NCBI GenBank assembly: GCA_035762565.1 | Contig: DASTOJ010000305.1 | Location: 6,835-70,834 of the forward strand | Length of the DNA stretch: 64,000 bases | Reading direction: 5' to 3' | Source: Candidatus Methylomirabilota bacterium | GTDB lineage: Bacteria; Methylomirabilota; Methylomirabilia; Rokubacteriales; CSP1-6 | Shown here: positions 18,950-28,320 of the stretch, piece by piece | How the letters are laid out: each line of letters begins with the position of its first letter | How positions within the stretch are numbered: the first letter of the stretch is position 1 | Program-made: the position numbers and the translations under genes | Notes under the pieces: generated by a model | Database searches by the model: none | Told to the model about the DNA's origin: nothing | What the model saw: only the letters and a program-made list of their open reading frames with translations

Positions 18950-19903
18950 TTACTTCCGCAGCATGCCCAGACGCTTGAGGATCTCCGTGTGGGCCTTGTA
19001 CTCCGACCAGAGATCGCTCTTCAGCTTGTCGCCGGCCCGGTAGTCCACGTCGATGACCCGCGCCTTGGCGAAGTTGACGAACGCCGCCTCGTCCATCGCG
19101 GCCTTGGCGGCGTCGTGGACGTAGCGCACCACGTCGGGCGGCGTTCCGTTGGGCATGACGAGAAAGAACGTGGAGCCGTTGTGGGCGGAGTAACCCAGCT
19201 CTTTGAAGCTGGGCACGTCGGGGAAGACCGTGTTGCGCGCGGGCTGGAAGACCGCCAGCACGCGCATCCGCTTGGACTCCACGAGCGGCCGCACCTCGCC
19301 GGGTTGGGCGACCAGGGCCTCGATGTGACCGCCGAGCAAGGCCGGGCTGCCCTCCCCCCAGCCCGAGAACGGCACGTGGGTCATCCGGGCGTCCGACACC
19401 CGCATCAGCTCCTCGAGGTTGAGGTGGCTCGAGGTCCCCTCGCCGGGCGAGCCCACGCGGAGCTTGCCGGGGTTGGCCCTGGCGGCGGCGACGAATTCCT
19501 GCGCGCTCTTCCACGGCGCGTCGTGCTTGACGGCCAGCAGCGGATACCATGACACGAGGCTGATGACCGGGATGCAGTCGTCGGGCGTCTTGTACGGCAG
19601 GTCCATGACCTGCGGCTGGATCACGAGGTTCGTCAGCGGCATGATGCCCAGCGTGTAGCCGTCCGGCTTGGAACGGATCACCTCGCTGGCGCCGATCGTG
19701 CCGCCGGCCCCCGGCCGGGCCACGACCGCGATCCCCTTCGGGAACTTCTTCTTCATCCCCTCGGTCAGCGCCCGCAGCACGACGTCGGCGAGCCCGCCGG
19801 CCGGATACCCGAAGATCGCGGTGACCGGCCGCTCCGGGTACTGGGCGGCGGCGGGAACGGCGGAGCCGAGCACGACGAGCAGGGCGAGGGCGAGGCGGGT
19901 CAT
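18950..19903 (-). CDS. tctC: TctC / Bug-family periplasmic substrate-binding protein (317 aa).
   Basis: ATG at 19901-19903 preceded by AGGAGG with 6-nt spacing. Signal peptide, then a Bug-family fold (VARPGAGGTIGA, SPGEGTSSHL). A TTGATC-17-TAGACT promoter-like element lies about 45 nt upstream. Confidence 0.85.
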   Translation of the reverse strand: MTRLALALLVVLGSAVPAAAQYPERPVTAIFGYPAGGLADVVLRALTEGMKKKFPKGIAVVARPGAGGTIGASEVIRSKPDGYTLGIMPLTNLVIQPQVMDLPYKTPDDCIPVISLVSWYPLLAVKHDAPWKSAQEFVAAARANPGKLRVGSPGEGTSSHLNLEELMRVSDARMTHVPFSGWGEGSPALLGGHIEALVAQPGEVRPLVESKRMRVLAVFQPARNTVFPDVPSFKELGYSAHNGSTFFLVMPNGTPPDVVRYVHDAAKAAMDEAAFVNFAKARVIDVDYRAGDKLKSDLWSEYKAHTEILKRLGMLRK

Positions 19904-20013
19904 GCATGTCCTCCTGGGCGGATTCGCCGAAGTGCCCGGCAGTCTAGTCGGGAACGCGCACGGGATCAAGCCGCCGGCGCCGCCCGGCTCGTGCGAAGGC
20001 GAGCTGAACCCGT

Positions 20014-20310
20014 CTATCGGACGATGGGCGTGCGGCCCTCGGCCTGTGGCGGCAGGACGACGTCGATGGTGAGGTGCGAGGAGAACGAGACCTTCCACTC
20101 TCCGCCGGGCCGAAGCTGCCACCGTCCCGCATGGCCCGTGGAGCCGGACTCGGTGCCGGGCCGATACACGGTGCGATCCATCTTCGTGAAGGTCACGGTT
20201 CGGTCGCCGACGTTCCGGAGCTGCAGGGCGAAGGTGGTGGAATCGACCGTGCGGGCCTGCAGGGTCGCGCAGCCCGCCAGGAGCCATGTGATCGCCACGA
20301 GTCGGATCAC
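20014..20310 (-). CDS. Small lipoprotein (98 aa), hypothetical.
   Basis: Signal peptide with lipobox LLAGC. It is the last gene of the MoxR-VWA-DUF3047 operon. Confidence 0.4.
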   Translation of the reverse strand: MIRLVAITWLLAGCATLQARTVDSTTFALQLRNVGDRTVTFTKMDRTVYRPGTESGSTGHAGRWQLRPGGEWKVSFSSHLTIDVVLPPQAEGRTPIVR

Positions 20311-20328
20311 GAGGCCTGTTCCCGGGCG

Positions 20329-21057
20329 TCACCGGGAGCGGCAGGCGCGGAAGGTGGCGTAGTCACCGGCGGCGGTGGAGCTGGTGTCGTCGGCGTCGGT
20401 GAGGACGGCGATGCCGCCGGCCCTGGGCGTGTCCGATTCCTTGAAGGCGGCCTTCCAGTCGTCGCGCACGTTCACCCGTTCCTCGACCCAGGCGTCCCTG
20501 GAGGCGGGCGGGCCGCTGCGGAGCACGCGGACCTGGGTGAGGCCGGCGTTGGAGGACAGGCGGGTGCCGGCCGGGACCTTCTCGCTCCAGATGTACTTCA
20601 CGGCCTTGGGGCCGCGGATCCTCGAGTGCGGCACGCCCATGTAGACGGCGAGCGCGCTGTCGTTGGTCGCCGATTCGCGCTCGTCAGCGCCCTTGGGGAA
20701 CTCGCGGGGGCGCCAGGACCAGACCAGGACGGGATGCGTCGCCAGGTCCCACGTCGGGGTCTCGCGGGCGGCCTGGACGCCGAGGCCCTTGGACACGGCG
20801 CGCAGGAAGCGCCGGCCGGCCTCCTCCCCCGTCTGGTAGACGCGCTTGCCCTCGTCCTTGCGGACCTCCCACCCGGCGGGGAACGCGCCGACCTTCGCCG
20901 CGGAGAAGTCGTCGAGCACGATGCAATCGTCCTGTGCAGCATGGTGCGCGGCCGGCGTGAGCGCCAGGCCGGTGGCGGCCAGGAGCAGGAAGAGCGGGAA
21001 GGCGCGCACGGCAGCCGGAGGGAGCAAGCGCCGGGCCAGTGGCCGGGCCGCCGCCAC
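20329..21057 (-). CDS. DUF3047-family secreted protein (242 aa).
   Basis: N-terminal signal peptide. Central region GWEVRKDEG..YMGVPHSRIRGPKAVKYIWS resembles DUF3047. The start is 1 nt after the VWA-gene stop. Confidence 0.55.
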   Translation of the reverse strand: MAAARPLARRLLPPAAVRAFPLFLLLAATGLALTPAAHHAAQDDCIVLDDFSAAKVGAFPAGWEVRKDEGKRVYQTGEEAGRRFLRAVSKGLGVQAARETPTWDLATHPVLVWSWRPREFPKGADERESATNDSALAVYMGVPHSRIRGPKAVKYIWSEKVPAGTRLSSNAGLTQVRVLRSGPPASRDAWVEERVNVRDDWKAAFKESDTPRAGGIAVLTDADDTSSTAAGDYATFRACRSR

Positions 21058-21058
21058 G

Positions 21059-22468
21059 CTAGCGCCCCCGGCGCCACCACTGGTGCACGAGATTGTCCAC
21101 GACCTCGCCGAGCTGGCCGATCGTGCGGCACTCCCGCACGATGTCGCAGGCCGGCGCGTAGAGCGGCATGACGCTGTCGCCGATGCCCCAGCCCCACTGG
21201 CCCTCGGGGTTCAGCCAGATGATGCCCTTCACCCGCTCGCGGATGAGCCGCAGCGCCCACGCCTGGGGGTCGTTGTAGTTGTTCCGGGCGTCGCCCAGCA
21301 GCAGGATCGTCGTCTTGCGGTCGAGCGACTCCAGCTCGGTGGTCGCGAAGCGGTTGAACGCGTAGCCGAAGTCCGAGCGGCAGTGGTAGTCGACCGGCGC
21401 GCCCTTGAGGGCCCACTCGATGGCGCGCTCGACCGGGTAGACGGAGAACGCCTGGGTGACCTCGGCGATCTCGGACACGAAGACGTACGACCGCACGCGG
21501 CTGAAGCACTCCTGCAGGCTCCACACCAGCTGCAGCATGAAGCGCGAGGCGTTACGCACGGAGTCCGACACGTCACAGATCGTGATGAGCCTGGGCTTCT
21601 CGCGGTGCCGGCGCTTGAGGAAGATCTCCATGGGCACGCCGTCGTAGGACAGGCTCTTGCGCATCGTGCGCCGCGAGTCGATCCGGCCCTTGTGCTCCTG
21701 GCGCTGGCGCAGGGCGAGGGCGTCCTTGATCCGGCGGGCCAGCTTGGCCACGACGCTCTTCATCTGCGCGACCTCGTCGGGGGTGAGCGCGAAGAGCGGC
21801 TTGTCGGCCAGGACCTCCCGGGTGAGCTTCTCGCCGGCCCGGTAGGCCCGGCGCTCCAGCTCGCGCTGCACGTGCTGGCGGATCATGCGGCGGAAGGCCT
21901 CCAGCCGCAGCTCGAGGTAGTTGCGGATGCGGGCGAGCTGGCCAGGGTCGAGGCCACGGGCCTCCAGCGCCTGCATGATCTTCTCGATGTCGCGCTCGAT
22001 GGCCGACCAGTCGAACTGGTCGGAGATGCGGCGGCTGAAGAAGCCCACCTGCAGGAAGTACATCAGCCGCTCGAGGCCGGCGTTCTGGGCGCCGCCGCGG
22101 ATGGCCATCTCCATCTCGCTGCCCTGCCCACGCATGAGGAGCTCGGTCAGCTCGTCGAGATCCAGGTTGTCCTGGTCGACCAGCTGCTCGAGCTGGTCCT
22201 GCACGCGGGGATCCTCGGGGCCCAGCGCCTTCTTGAGTCCTTCGCCGAGCGATTCCAGATCCAGGAAGTAGAGGTTGAAGATGCGCTCGAAGGTCTCGTG
22301 GTCGCGGGCCTCCTTGACCAGGGTCGCGGCCAGCGTGGATTTGAAGGTCTCCCGGTCGGTGAGACCGACTTCCGCGCTCGCGGCCAGCGCATCGAGCGCT
22401 TCGGCGGTCGAGATGCGAAGCTCCGCGCGCCGGAGATCGGCGATGAACTCGAGGATGCGCTCTTCCAT
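21059..22468 (-). CDS. VWA-domain protein (CoxE-like, 469 aa), the partner of a MoxR ATPase.
   Basis: The C-terminal half carries a VWA/MIDAS-like motif (ICDVSDSV..., LLLGDARNN). The N-terminal half is a coiled helical domain as in CoxE/VWA-CoxE proteins. Confidence 0.75.
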   Translation of the reverse strand: MEERILEFIADLRRAELRISTAEALDALAASAEVGLTDRETFKSTLAATLVKEARDHETFERIFNLYFLDLESLGEGLKKALGPEDPRVQDQLEQLVDQDNLDLDELTELLMRGQGSEMEMAIRGGAQNAGLERLMYFLQVGFFSRRISDQFDWSAIERDIEKIMQALEARGLDPGQLARIRNYLELRLEAFRRMIRQHVQRELERRAYRAGEKLTREVLADKPLFALTPDEVAQMKSVVAKLARRIKDALALRQRQEHKGRIDSRRTMRKSLSYDGVPMEIFLKRRHREKPRLITICDVSDSVRNASRFMLQLVWSLQECFSRVRSYVFVSEIAEVTQAFSVYPVERAIEWALKGAPVDYHCRSDFGYAFNRFATTELESLDRKTTILLLGDARNNYNDPQAWALRLIRERVKGIIWLNPEGQWGWGIGDSVMPLYAPACDIVRECRTIGQLGEVVDNLVHQWWRRGR

Positions 22469-22484
22469 GGTCGCCCGGGCGACG

Positions 22485-23402
22485 TCAGGCCGGCGTGTCG
22501 GCCAGCACCTTGTCGAGAGCGCCCTTCACGCGCTCGAGGTCCTTCTCGTACTTCACCAGCATGGTGAGCGTGGACTCGACCAGCACCGGGTCCAGCTCCC
22601 GGGCGTTGAGGATCACCAGCGAGCGGGCCCAGTCGATCGACTCCGACACCGACGGCGGCTTGCGCAGGTCCATCGCACGGATCTTCTGCACGGCGGCCAC
22701 CACCGCCCGGGCCAGCCGCTCGGGCGCCTCCGGCACCTTGAGGCGGATGATGTCCAGCTCGTCGGCCGGGGAGGGGAAATCGATGAACAGGTGCAGGCAG
22801 CGCCGCTTGAGGCCGTCGCTCAGCTCGCGCGCGTTGTTCGAGGTGAGGACGACCAGCGGCACGTGCTTGGCCTTCACCGTCCCCAGCTCGGGGATCGAGA
22901 CCTGGAAGTCGGAGAGCACCTCGAGCAGGAAGGCCTCGAACTCCGGCTCGGCCTTGTCGATCTCGTCGACGAGCAGCACGACCGGGTCCTCGGCGCGGAT
23001 GGCCTGCAGCAGCGGGCGTGGCGACAGGAAGCGATAGGAGAAGAACGCGTCGTCCTGGCCGGCGATGCGTGACACCGCCTCCGGCAGCGAGGGCGCGTCG
23101 GCGATCAGCTCGCCGATCCGCTCGCGCAGCAGCTGCGTGTAGAGGAGCTGCTTGGCGTACTTCCACTCGTAGAGCGCCTTGCCCTCGTCGAGCCCCTCGT
23201 AGCACTGCAGCCGGATCAGGGCGCGCCGGGTGACGTCGGACAGCGTCTTGGCCAGCTCCGTCTTGCCCACGCCGGCGGGCCCCTCGATGAGCACGGGCCG
23301 GCCCATGCGCGCGGCCAGGAACACGACGGTGGCGATGCGCCGGTTGGCGATGTACCGAGCGTCTCTGAATTGCTGCTGGACCTCCTCGACGGACTCGAAC
23401 AT
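22485..23402 (-). CDS. MoxR-family AAA+ ATPase (CoxD-like, 305 aa).
   Basis: Start at MFESVEEVQQQ. Walker A GPAGVGKT, Walker B VLLVDEIDKA, MoxR-type sensor regions. Confidence 0.8.
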   Translation of the reverse strand: MFESVEEVQQQFRDARYIANRRIATVVFLAARMGRPVLIEGPAGVGKTELAKTLSDVTRRALIRLQCYEGLDEGKALYEWKYAKQLLYTQLLRERIGELIADAPSLPEAVSRIAGQDDAFFSYRFLSPRPLLQAIRAEDPVVLLVDEIDKAEPEFEAFLLEVLSDFQVSIPELGTVKAKHVPLVVLTSNNARELSDGLKRRCLHLFIDFPSPADELDIIRLKVPEAPERLARAVVAAVQKIRAMDLRKPPSVSESIDWARSLVILNARELDPVLVESTLTMLVKYEKDLERVKGALDKVLADTPA

Positions 23403-23556
23403 GAGTCTCCCCTGTCTGCCCGGAGTGAATGCCCGTTCATTGTACCCGACGCGGTTGGGCCGCACGTCCACGCCGGCCGAGTATGCCGTGCCGGGCGGCG
23501 GCAGACAACTGCGGGTCCCGGCGGCGAGGCCCCGGCGCGGCGCGTACAATCGCCGC

Positions 23557-24657
23557 ATGTCCGATCGCGACGAAGCCGCGCGGTATCACCGCCTGCAGCT
23601 CTGGCTCGGTCTCGCCGGCTTCGCGCTGGGCGCCGCCTACTTGCTGGCGGTGCTCGCCTCGGGCGCCGCGGAGGTGGTGGCCGAGATCGCCGCCACCCTG
23701 ACGGATGGCTGGTGGGCACAGGTCGTGATCGTGGCCGTGCTGCTGGGGGGCGCGCAGGCGGTCATCGCGTTTCCCCTGGGATGGGTGCGTGGCTTCTGGC
23801 TGCCGCGCCGCTTCGGGCTTCTGCACCAGCCGTTCGGCGCGTGGCTCGCCGACCGCGCGAAGGCCGCCGCGCTTGGCGGCGCGCTGGCGCTCGGCGGCCT
23901 GCTGGTCCTCTACGGCTTGCTCCGGGCGACGCCGTGGTGGTGGCTCGTCGCCGCCGCCGTCTTCTTCGTCGTGGGCATCGCCCTGTCGGCGCTGTTCCCC
24001 GTCGTCATCATGCCGATGTTCTACACGCTCACGCGGCTGGCAGACCCCGCGCTAGAGCGCCGGCTGCTGGCGCTCGCCGAGCGGGCCGGCGTGATGGCGA
24101 TCGGCGTGTGGGTGGTGGACCAGTCACGCAAGAGCCGCACGGCCAACGCCGCCGTCCTCGGCCTCGGCCGCACGCGCCGCATCGTGTTGTTCGACACACT
24201 GACCACGGGGTTCCGCGAGGAGGAGATCGAGGCCGTGCTCGCCCACGAGCTGGCCCACCACGTCCACGGCGATCTCCGGCGCGGGCTGATCGTACAAGGT
24301 GTGCTCACGCTGGCGACCTTCTGGCTGGCCGCCGGGTTGCTCGCCGTCGGCGTCGGCCGGTGGGGCATCACGGGTCCGGCCGATCCCGCCGGGCTGCCCT
24401 GGCTCGCGCTGGTCTTCATGCTGCTGGGGGCTGTCCAGTTGCCGCTCGCCAACGCGTTCTCCCGCCGCATCGAGCGGCAGGCCGACGACTTCGGGCTGAC
24501 CCTCACCCGCAATCCCGCCGCGTTCATCGCCGCGATGGAGCGGCTGGGCGCGCTGAACCTGGCCGAGCGCCGCCCGCATCGCCTCAAGGAGATCCTGCTC
24601 TACTCGCACCCGGCGCTCGACCGCCGCATCGCGCGCGCCAGAGGAGAAGCCGTATGA
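23557..24657 (+). CDS. M48-family Zn metallopeptidase (Ste24/HtpX-like) with several TM segments, 366 aa.
   Basis: HELAHHVHGD (HEXXH) zinc motif in a polytopic membrane protein. Start at MSDRDEAARYH. Its stop overlaps the next start. Confidence 0.8.
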   Translation: MSDRDEAARYHRLQLWLGLAGFALGAAYLLAVLASGAAEVVAEIAATLTDGWWAQVVIVAVLLGGAQAVIAFPLGWVRGFWLPRRFGLLHQPFGAWLADRAKAAALGGALALGGLLVLYGLLRATPWWWLVAAAVFFVVGIALSALFPVVIMPMFYTLTRLADPALERRLLALAERAGVMAIGVWVVDQSRKSRTANAAVLGLGRTRRIVLFDTLTTGFREEEIEAVLAHELAHHVHGDLRRGLIVQGVLTLATFWLAAGLLAVGVGRWGITGPADPAGLPWLALVFMLLGAVQLPLANAFSRRIERQADDFGLTLTRNPAAFIAAMERLGALNLAERRPHRLKEILLYSHPALDRRIARARGEAV

Positions 24658-25517
24658 GCGTCCGCCGAACGCTGCGCAGCCTCGTCGAGAAGAAGAACGC
24701 TTTGCTCGTCCCCGGCGCCTACGACGGCGTCTCGGCGCGGCTGGTGGAGCGCGCGGGCTTCCCCGCCGTCTACATGACCGGCTTCGGTACCTCGGCCTCG
24801 CGCCTGGGCCTGCCCGACCTCGGTTACGCCGGCCTGGCGGAGATGGCCGATCACGCCCGCAACCTGGCGGCAGCGGTCTCGATCCCGCTCATCGCCGACG
24901 CCGACACCGGCTACGGCAACGCGCTCGGCGTGCGGCGAACCGTGCAGGCTTACGAGGCGGCGGGGGTGGCGGCCCTTCACATCGAGGACCAGATGACGCC
25001 CAAGCGCTGCGGCCACCTCTCGGGCCACCAGATCGTGCCGCTCGGCGAGTTCGCGGGGAAGATCCGCGCGGCCGTCGACGCCCGCCGCGATCCCGACCTC
25101 CTGATCATCGCCCGCACCGACGCCATCTCGGCCGTGGGCTTCGACGAGGCCCTGCGCCGCGGCGAGGCGGCGGCCCGCGCCGGTGCCGACGTCCTCTTCA
25201 TCGAGGCCCCGCGCGACGAGGCCCAGGTGGAGACGGTCGCGACGTCATTCGACACGCCCCTGCTCTACAACTACGCGATGGGCGGCCGCTCCCCCCTGCT
25301 GCCGATTCCCCGCCTGCGCGAGCTGGGCTTCGCCGTCGTGATCCTGCCCGTCGACACGCTGCTGGTCGCGACGAAGGCGATGGCCGATCTTCTTGCCGAC
25401 CTGCGCCGCCGCGAAGACGTCGTCTCGCTCGCCGACCGCTACTTCCCCTTCCCCGAGTTCAACGCCCTCATCGGCACCACCGAGCAGATGGCCCTCGCCG
25501 ACCGTTACAAGGACTAG
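24654..25517 (+). CDS. Isocitrate lyase / PEP mutase superfamily enzyme of the methylisocitrate-lyase / carboxy-PEP-mutase type (PrpB-like), 287 aa.
   Basis: Has the motif LHIEDQMTPKRCGHLSGHQIV (EDQ..KRCGH, characteristic of methylisocitrate lyase-type members rather than true PEP mutase). Overlaps the M48 gene stop. Confidence 0.8.
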   Translation: MSVRRTLRSLVEKKNALLVPGAYDGVSARLVERAGFPAVYMTGFGTSASRLGLPDLGYAGLAEMADHARNLAAAVSIPLIADADTGYGNALGVRRTVQAYEAAGVAALHIEDQMTPKRCGHLSGHQIVPLGEFAGKIRAAVDARRDPDLLIIARTDAISAVGFDEALRRGEAAARAGADVLFIEAPRDEAQVETVATSFDTPLLYNYAMGGRSPLLPIPRLRELGFAVVILPVDTLLVATKAMADLLADLRRREDVVSLADRYFPFPEFNALIGTTEQMALADRYKD

Positions 25518-25548
25518 CGCGGCGAGGGAGTGGCTCGAACGCCCTGCC

Positions 25549-26505
25549 TCACAGCGCGGGCGCGATCTCGGCGAAGCGCTCCAGGTGCTCCAGCTCGTCG
25601 AACACGGGGTTGAGCACGAGGAAGCCCGCGCCGGCCCCCACGATCGCCCGCAGCCCCTCGACGCACGTCTCGGTGTCGCCCCACACGCACACGTCCTCGG
25701 CGAGCGCCGGCTTGCCGTAGAACGCGCCGAACCACTCGGCCAGTCGTTTCCCGGCCCGGGCCCGGTCGCGGTCGATCGCGATGTACACCCGCTTGGCGAC
25801 GGCGAACGAGGCGGGATCGCGGCCCAGCTCGGCCAGGATCGCGCGCACCGCCGTGACCTCGCGGGCGAAGGTGGAGGTCGAGGCCGAGCCGGCCCCGATG
25901 AAGCCCTCGCCCAGCTCGACGGCGCGCCCCAGCGCGAGCGGATGGTGGGCGCCGAACCAGAGCGGCGGGTGGGGCTTCTGCACGGGCTGGGGTTGCATCG
26001 AGGCGTTCTCCAGCCGGTAGAACTCGCCGGCCAGCGTGACCCGTGGCTCCGTCCACAGCCGCTTCATCAGCCGCAGTCCCTCGGCGAACCGCGCCGCGCG
26101 GCCCTCGGCGCTGAGGCCATGGGCCGCGTAGATCCCCGGACTGCCGCCCAGACCCACCCCGACGATGAGCCGGCCGCCGCTCAGCTGGTCGCGCGTCGCC
26201 AGGCTCTTCGCCAGGTGCACGGGGCTGCGGAGCGCGGTCAGCAGCACCGCCGAGCCCAGCCGCAGGCGCTCGGTGACGGCCGCCGCGTACGTCAGCGTGT
26301 GAACGGGCTCGAGGCTGGGTGCCGAGCCGAGGATCTGCTCGACGACCCACGCGCTATGGAAGTCGAGCGCCTCCGCGCGGCGCAGGAAGTCCCGGATGCG
26401 CCCGGGATCCACGGGGCCGCCGACGAACGTCTGGGGAATGGCCACACCGAGCCTCACGCGACTGATCACGTCGGCCTCCCGGGCGCAAATGCTGCTCCCC
26501 GGCAC
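25549..26505 (-). CDS. LLM-class (luciferase-like) flavin/F420-dependent oxidoreductase, 318 aa. Start may be a few codons downstream.
   Basis: TIM-barrel LLM motifs are readable: the typical N-terminus RLGVAIPQ, LDFHSAWVVEQ, and a C-terminal ...LVLNPVFDE. Confidence 0.75.
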   Translation of the reverse strand: MPGSSICAREADVISRVRLGVAIPQTFVGGPVDPGRIRDFLRRAEALDFHSAWVVEQILGSAPSLEPVHTLTYAAAVTERLRLGSAVLLTALRSPVHLAKSLATRDQLSGGRLIVGVGLGGSPGIYAAHGLSAEGRAARFAEGLRLMKRLWTEPRVTLAGEFYRLENASMQPQPVQKPHPPLWFGAHHPLALGRAVELGEGFIGAGSASTSTFAREVTAVRAILAELGRDPASFAVAKRVYIAIDRDRARAGKRLAEWFGAFYGKPALAEDVCVWGDTETCVEGLRAIVGAGAGFLVLNPVFDELEHLERFAEIAPAL

Positions 26506-26623
26506 TATACGCCGAGCCGGCGACTCCGGCGCGCGTCCGGCGCGGCGCTTGGCCTGGTGCTATAGTTTGCCTGCCGGCCGCGTGGTTCCGAGCGGCCGCG
26601 AATCACACGCCGGGAGAGCCCCA

Positions 26624-27793
26624 ATGAGCGCAGTCAAGGACCTGATCGGCCACGCCGTCGACCGCCTCGCCGACGAGCTCGAAACGCTCTCGCGCCGGAT
26701 CCACGACAATCCGGAGCTGGCCTACCAGGAGGTCAAGGCCGCTGGCTGGCTGGGTGACTTCCTGGCCGGCCAGGGCTTCACGGTCGAACGTGGCGTGGCC
26801 GGCGTCGACACCGCGTTCCGCGCCACCGTGGAGACCGGCCAGGGCCCCACCGTCGCCATCCTGTGCGAGTACGACGCGCTGCCGGCGATCGGGCACGCGT
26901 GCGGCCACAACGTCATCGCCACCGCGGGGGCCGGCGCCGGCGCGGCGCTCGCCGCCGTGCGCGACGCGCTGCCGCCCGGGCGCGTGCAGGTGATCGGGAC
27001 GCCCGCCGAGGAGGGTGGGGGCGGCAAGGTCAGGCTGCTCCAGGGTGGCGTCTTCGAGCGCGTCGACGCCGCGCTGATGATCCACGGCTTCGACCGGTGG
27101 ATCCTCCACCAGGACCTGCTCGGCATCGTCCGCGTCGGGTTCGAGTTCACCGGCAAGGCGGCCCACGCCTCCGCCGATCCCTGGGAGGGCGTCAACGCGC
27201 TCGACGCGGTGATCCAGACCTTCAACAACGTGAGCATGCTGCGCCAGCAGATGCGGCCGGCCGCGCGCATCCACGGCATCGTGACCCAGGGCGGTGCCGC
27301 GCCCAACATCATCCCGGAGGTCGCGGCCTGCGCCTTCTACGTGCGCGCGCCGAAGCTGGACTACATGTGGGAGCTGCACCGGCGGGTGACCGCCTGCGCC
27401 GAGGGCGCCGCCAGGGCCACGGGCTGCATGCTCCAGGTGATCGACCTCGAGGCGCCCTACGAGCCGCTCAAGCGCAACGACACGCTGCTCGGGCTCTTCC
27501 GGGCCAACATGCAGTCGGTCGGCGCGGTCGAGTCGCCGGCGCTCGCCGACCGCATGGGCTCGTCCGACATCGGCAACGTGAGCCAGGTGATCCCGGCCAT
27601 CCAGCCGATGGTGCAGATCGCGCCCCACGGTACGCCGATCCACTCGCGCGCCTTCGAGGCCGCCGCGGTGACGCCGCTGGCCCGCCAGGGCATGTGCCAG
27701 GCGGCCAAGACGATGGCGATGACGACGTATGATCTACTCGCCGATCCCGGGCTCCTGAAGCAGGCCCGGGCGGAGTTCGAGGCGGCGAAGTGA
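26624..27793 (+). CDS. M20D-family amidohydrolase (aminoacylase/hippuricase-like), 389 aa.
   Basis: Start at MSAVKDLIGHAVD. Metal ligands as in M20D (ACGHNV, IGTPAEEGGGGK). Confidence 0.8.
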   Translation: MSAVKDLIGHAVDRLADELETLSRRIHDNPELAYQEVKAAGWLGDFLAGQGFTVERGVAGVDTAFRATVETGQGPTVAILCEYDALPAIGHACGHNVIATAGAGAGAALAAVRDALPPGRVQVIGTPAEEGGGGKVRLLQGGVFERVDAALMIHGFDRWILHQDLLGIVRVGFEFTGKAAHASADPWEGVNALDAVIQTFNNVSMLRQQMRPAARIHGIVTQGGAAPNIIPEVAACAFYVRAPKLDYMWELHRRVTACAEGAARATGCMLQVIDLEAPYEPLKRNDTLLGLFRANMQSVGAVESPALADRMGSSDIGNVSQVIPAIQPMVQIAPHGTPIHSRAFEAAAVTPLARQGMCQAAKTMAMTTYDLLADPGLLKQARAEFEAAK

Positions 27794-28320
27794 CTATGAG
27801 AGCCCTCGGCGCGGCCCTCGGGTCGCTGGTGCTCGCCGGCTGTGCCGCCGTGAGCGCGCCGCCCGCCGACACCACGGCGCGCGCCGAGCTGCGCCATGCC
27901 GGAGGCCAGCCGGTGGGCGTCGCCACGTTCACGCAGGTCGGCCGCGCCGTCCGCGTGGTGCTCGAGGCCCAGGGCCTGCCCCCGGGTGTCAAGGGCGTGC
28001 ACGTCCACGCGGTGGGGAAGTGCGAGGCGCCCGGCTTCACCTCGGCCGGCGATCACTTCAACCCGACGGGCAAGCAGCACGGCGCGTTGAACCCGGCGGG
28101 GCCGCACGCCGGCGACCTGCCGAGCATCACGATCGGCGCCGACGGCCGGGGCCGCCTGGAGAGCACCACCGAGCTGATCACGCTGCTGGGTGGATCGACC
28201 TCCGTTTTCGACGGCGACGGCAGCGCGCTCGTCGTCCACGCGGCGCCGGACGACTTCCGCACCGATCCGACCGGGAACTCCGGGGCGCGGATCGCCTGTG
28301 GCGTGATCACGCGGAAGTAA
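27790..28320 (+). CDS. sodC: Cu/Zn superoxide dismutase lipoprotein (SodC), 176 aa.
   Basis: Lipobox LVLAGCAA, VHVHAVGKCE, GDHFNP, GPHAGDLP and a C-terminal GARIACGVI match the Cu/Zn SOD signature. The ATG overlaps the M20 gene stop. Confidence 0.85.
   Translation: MTMRALGAALGSLVLAGCAAVSAPPADTTARAELRHAGGQPVGVATFTQVGRAVRVVLEAQGLPPGVKGVHVHAVGKCEAPGFTSAGDHFNPTGKQHGALNPAGPHAGDLPSITIGADGRGRLESTTELITLLGGSTSVFDGDGSALVVHAAPDDFRTDPTGNSGARIACGVITRK

Noticed and set aside
23370-25517. 715-aa plus-strand ORF joining the M48 region to the PrpB-like gene
   Set aside because: Only its last 287 codons (from the ATG at 24654) form a coherent ICL/PEPM-family protein. The upstream part is an alternative frame of the M48 gene.
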